Origin: an uncultured Planctomycetales bacterium
Lineage (GTDB): Bacteria > Planctomycetota > Planctomycetia > Pirellulales > Pirellulaceae
NCBI GenBank assembly: GCA_963821085.1
Contig: CAWGCE010000007.1
Coordinates: forward strand, 344,328-408,327
Length of the DNA stretch: 64,000 nucleotides
Direction of reading: 5' to 3'
The position numbers and the translations under genes are program-made. Shown in pieces: positions 61,330 to 64,000 of this stretch. The notes beneath the pieces are model-generated. The model was given only the letters and a program-made list of their open reading frames with translations. It was not told where the DNA came from and searched no databases. Positions within the stretch are counted from its first letter, which is position 1; each line of letters opens with the position of its first letter.

Positions 61330-61677
61330 GGCCTGTCGCGGTCCGCGAACGCGGAAAATTGGCAGCAACTGTTGCTTGCTGTTGTTTGTTGGAAGATGAG
61401 GGGCAGGTTTGTACCGAACCTGGGCACCAAAGGTCAATGACGAAGTGCACGAAGCTCTGCTGGCGATGGACTGCGGCCATCATGGTTGCCATTCGTTCAC
61501 AGCAACTGATGGCAAATGGACAGAGCCAAACAATGGCAGCGGTCCAAATCAACAAGCCAGGACGCTGACTACGCAACCGCTACGCGGAATCAGCGCGGCG
61601 GCGTGCAAGGGATAGGAAGCTCGCGTCATACTACAGCCGCCGATCGAGCCAGGACGGAGGCGGAACGGGTGATTAAC

Positions 61678-62639
61678 CTACTCTTCCGACAGTTCGTCCA
61701 ACCACACTGTGGCGTTATCGTCAGTGCAAGCTTTGCCGCCAGTGACGATTTCCATCATCCAGGCGTCCAAATCGCGAAGCATCACCGAGCTCAACTCATC
61801 GGCACCGGGATACTGGCGAAACGTCGTCGACATGCCAGCATAGTGCAGTAGGCGAAGGTCGCCGCAGAACTCGGCTTCATCGTAGATCATGCTCTCGCGG
61901 CCCTGTGCTATCAACACATTGATGTCCCTGGCCATCTTGAGGTTGCGCAGCGGTGCCTTGCTCGCCGGGAAGCGCCGCCAATCGAAGCAACGCCAGCAAA
62001 CTTCTGCGGATGCCCCATGCCAATGCGCAAGGCCATCGTGCCGCCATCTGCATAGCCCGCGATAAAAACACGATCGGGAGCAACGTTATACGTCGCCAAA
62101 GCCACGTCAATTGAGTGTAACACGCGTTGTTCAGCGGTTGCGATTCCCGGTGTCGATTGGCTCCAGCAGTAAGCAACTTCATCGCACAATGTTTCAGTGC
62201 TGGAAGCTCGAGGCGCAATGCCAACGTAGTTGCGCAGGCTCATCAGCGGCATCAGCTTTCGCAGCTGGGATTCATCATCACCCGCCGCATGCAACCAGAC
62301 AAGCAGCGGGTAAGAGTAGTTCGCCTCGTAGTGCAGCGGAACAAACGTTGACGAAGCGGTAGATGTGTTCGTCGTGGTGGCGGCCAGATCAGCTTTGAGA
62401 TTCGCTTGAATCGTCGCCGTCGAAATCTTGGTGTCTTCCCATGTCGAAAAACGATTCATGGCGGAGCGGGTTCCATTGTTCGAGGGACGGTCTACTTGTG
62501 CATTGCGCACAGAACCGCCACGGAACAATCGGTCGCCAAAACAGAAACTCGAACTGTATGCATACGTTGCTGAGCAAATGCAGCCAACGATTATTGCCGT
62601 GGTGGGAAGGAATGTATCGGAGGAAATTTCACGTGTCAA
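61678..62639 (-). pseudogene. alpha/beta hydrolase (phospholipase/carboxylesterase-like), frameshifted as assembled
   Basis: PLLVWLHAAGDDES and VFIAGYADGGTMAL (nucleophile-elbow-like) lie in one frame, ending at 61911. FPASKAPLRNLKMARDINVLIAQGRES...YPGADE continues in another frame. The junction is near 61960-61975. Confidence 0.7.
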
Positions 62640-62907
62640 CGTCAGGACTCGTTGATCACGAACGAGTCAGGATCCCCCTGATGGAACGGTTGACAAGATC
62701 TCCAATCTCGATTTTAGGGCAATGCCAATCCGTCCTCGAATCTTCCATTCGGGAAGTCTCACCGCAACTCCCAGAATGCGGGCAGCGAAGTCACTCGCAA
62801 GCGTTCTCCGCAGGCTTTACTGACCAAGTTGATGTGCTAAGTTCGTGGCTCTGGAAATCACAATTGTTTTTTTCCCTCCTCATCACGGGCCGAAACGGAG
62901 CGAATCC

Positions 62908-64000
62908 ATGGAGCGTTGGACCGGTGCGTTCGGCCTGTTGGCAATGATGTTCTTCGCCTGGCTGATGAGTTCCCACAAGAATCGCGTCAGCGCCCGGATC
63001 GTCATTGGCGGATTGCTGCTGCAGATCGTTTTTGCCTTGCTCATTCTGAAAACCCCTTGGGGGCGCGATATTTTTGAATGGTTGGGGATCTTTTTCAACA
63101 ACATCCTGGGCTTTGTTGACGAAGGCTCGGCGTTCCTTTTCGATATCTTTCCTCGACCAGCTGACGACGCTCTACCGCCTCAATATACGCTTTGGCGTTC
63201 TTTCGCGTTCGGTATTTTGCCAACGATCATTTTCTTTTCCTCATTGATGGCGATCCTGTACCACCTGGGAATCATGCAATTGATTGTCAAGGCGTTCGCC
63301 TGGGTCATGCAGAAGACGTTGGGGACATCCGGAGCAGAAACGCTATCAGCAGCGGCCAATATCTTTGTCGGGCAAACGGAGGCACCGCTGGTGATTCGAC
63401 CGTTCGTGAACAAGATGACGATGTCCGAGTTGAATGTCGTAATGGTAGGCGGCTTCGCCACGATTGCCGGCGGAGTGCTGGCAGCGTTTGTCGGCATGGG
63501 GATAGATGCGGGGCATTTAATCACTGCTTCGGTAATTTCCGCACCGGCGGCTCTGATGATCGCAAAGATTCTTCAGCCGGAAACGGAAGAATCGGTGACG
63601 GCCGGTACGATTCAGTCGATCGAGAGCACGCGTTGCGTCAATGTCATTGAAGCGGCTGCGGAGGGCGCGGCGTCCGGACTGACACTGGCGATGAATGTTG
63701 GAGCCATGCTGATCGCATTCGTAGCACTCGTCGCCATGGGCAATGCGATGGTGACCTGGTTTGGGACCTTGCTGGCAAACCACATGGGCGTCGCCGGCGG
63801 AGAAACCTGGACCTTGGAACTGCTGTTCGGATACGTCTTTTCGCCATTCGCGTGGTTGATGGGAATCCCCTGGGACGAATGCGTGCTGGCAGGCCAGATG
63901 TTGGGGACCAAGATGGTGGTCAACGAATTCGTTGCCTACATCCAACTGGCGGACGCCCAAGATCAAATGAGCGAACGAACGTTCATCATTTTGACGTACG
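62908..64000 (+). CDS. nupC: concentrative nucleoside transporter (NupC/CNT family), runs off the right edge
   Basis: Open frame from ATG 62908 (ACGGAG Shine-Dalgarno) to the window end. AANIFVGQTEAPLVIRPF, MVGGFATIAGGVLAAF, ASVISAPAAL and GTKMVVNEFVAY are CNT signatures. It is absent from the ORF track because there is no stop inside the window. Confidence 0.88.
   Translation, partial: MERWTGAFGLLAMMFFAWLMSSHKNRVSARIVIGGLLLQIVFALLILKTPWGRDIFEWLGIFFNNILGFVDEGSAFLFDIFPRPADDALPPQYTLWRSFAFGILPTIIFFSSLMAILYHLGIMQLIVKAFAWVMQKTLGTSGAETLSAAANIFVGQTEAPLVIRPFVNKMTMSELNVVMVGGFATIAGGVLAAFVGMGIDAGHLITASVISAPAALMIAKILQPETEESVTAGTIQSIESTRCVNVIEAAAEGAASGLTLAMNVGAMLIAFVALVAMGNAMVTWFGTLLANHMGVAGGETWTLELLFGYVFSPFAWLMGIPWDECVLAGQMLGTKMVVNEFVAYIQLADAQDQMSERTFIILTY

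Overview
The window is a moderately GC-rich chromosomal segment. Its gene content looks planctomycete-like (Pirellulales-type), but that taxonomic call is inference only. About 58 genes are recognisable.

Left and centre hold housekeeping genes: trpE (partial), mcsA-mcsB, hsp20, coaD, a cytochrome c peroxidase, pyk, xylA, ilvD, purB, fur, an ECF sigma/anti-sigma pair and a fasciclin protein.

At 47.8-61.3 kb a minus-strand flagellar export/switch cluster runs fliF-fliG-fliN-fliO-fliP-fliQ-fliR-flhB-[antisense sulfotransferase]-flhA-flhF-flhG-fliA. flgM lies nearby. A CNT/NupC nucleoside transporter gene runs off the right edge. I saw no rRNA, tRNA or CRISPR.

Main observations:
1. A small HMA (GMTCxxC) lipoprotein gene carries an in-frame TGA exactly at the first Cys of the metal-binding motif. 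A 6-bp hairpin starts 11 nt downstream. This makes it a candidate UxxC selenoprotein, or alternatively a nonsense lesion.
2. Reading-frame disruptions are unusually dense: at least 14 frameshifts and 2 in-frame stops in about 11 otherwise recognisable genes. One VWA gene alone has five +1 shifts. This is either assembly indel error or real gene decay.
3. A group II intron sits just downstream of the fliA terminator. Its maturase/RT ORF lacks the N-terminal RT motifs.
4. flhB lacks most of its cytoplasmic domain, including NPTH, and abuts a convergent sulfotransferase gene that splits flhB from flhA.
5. A GGCAACA heptanucleotide repeat family occurs at three gene boundaries. One copy overlaps the start codon of a ZIP transporter.
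6. An exact sigma-54 -24/-12 promoter with an upstream 10-bp palindrome precedes hsp20.

All functional calls rest on motif recognition by eye, without database searches.
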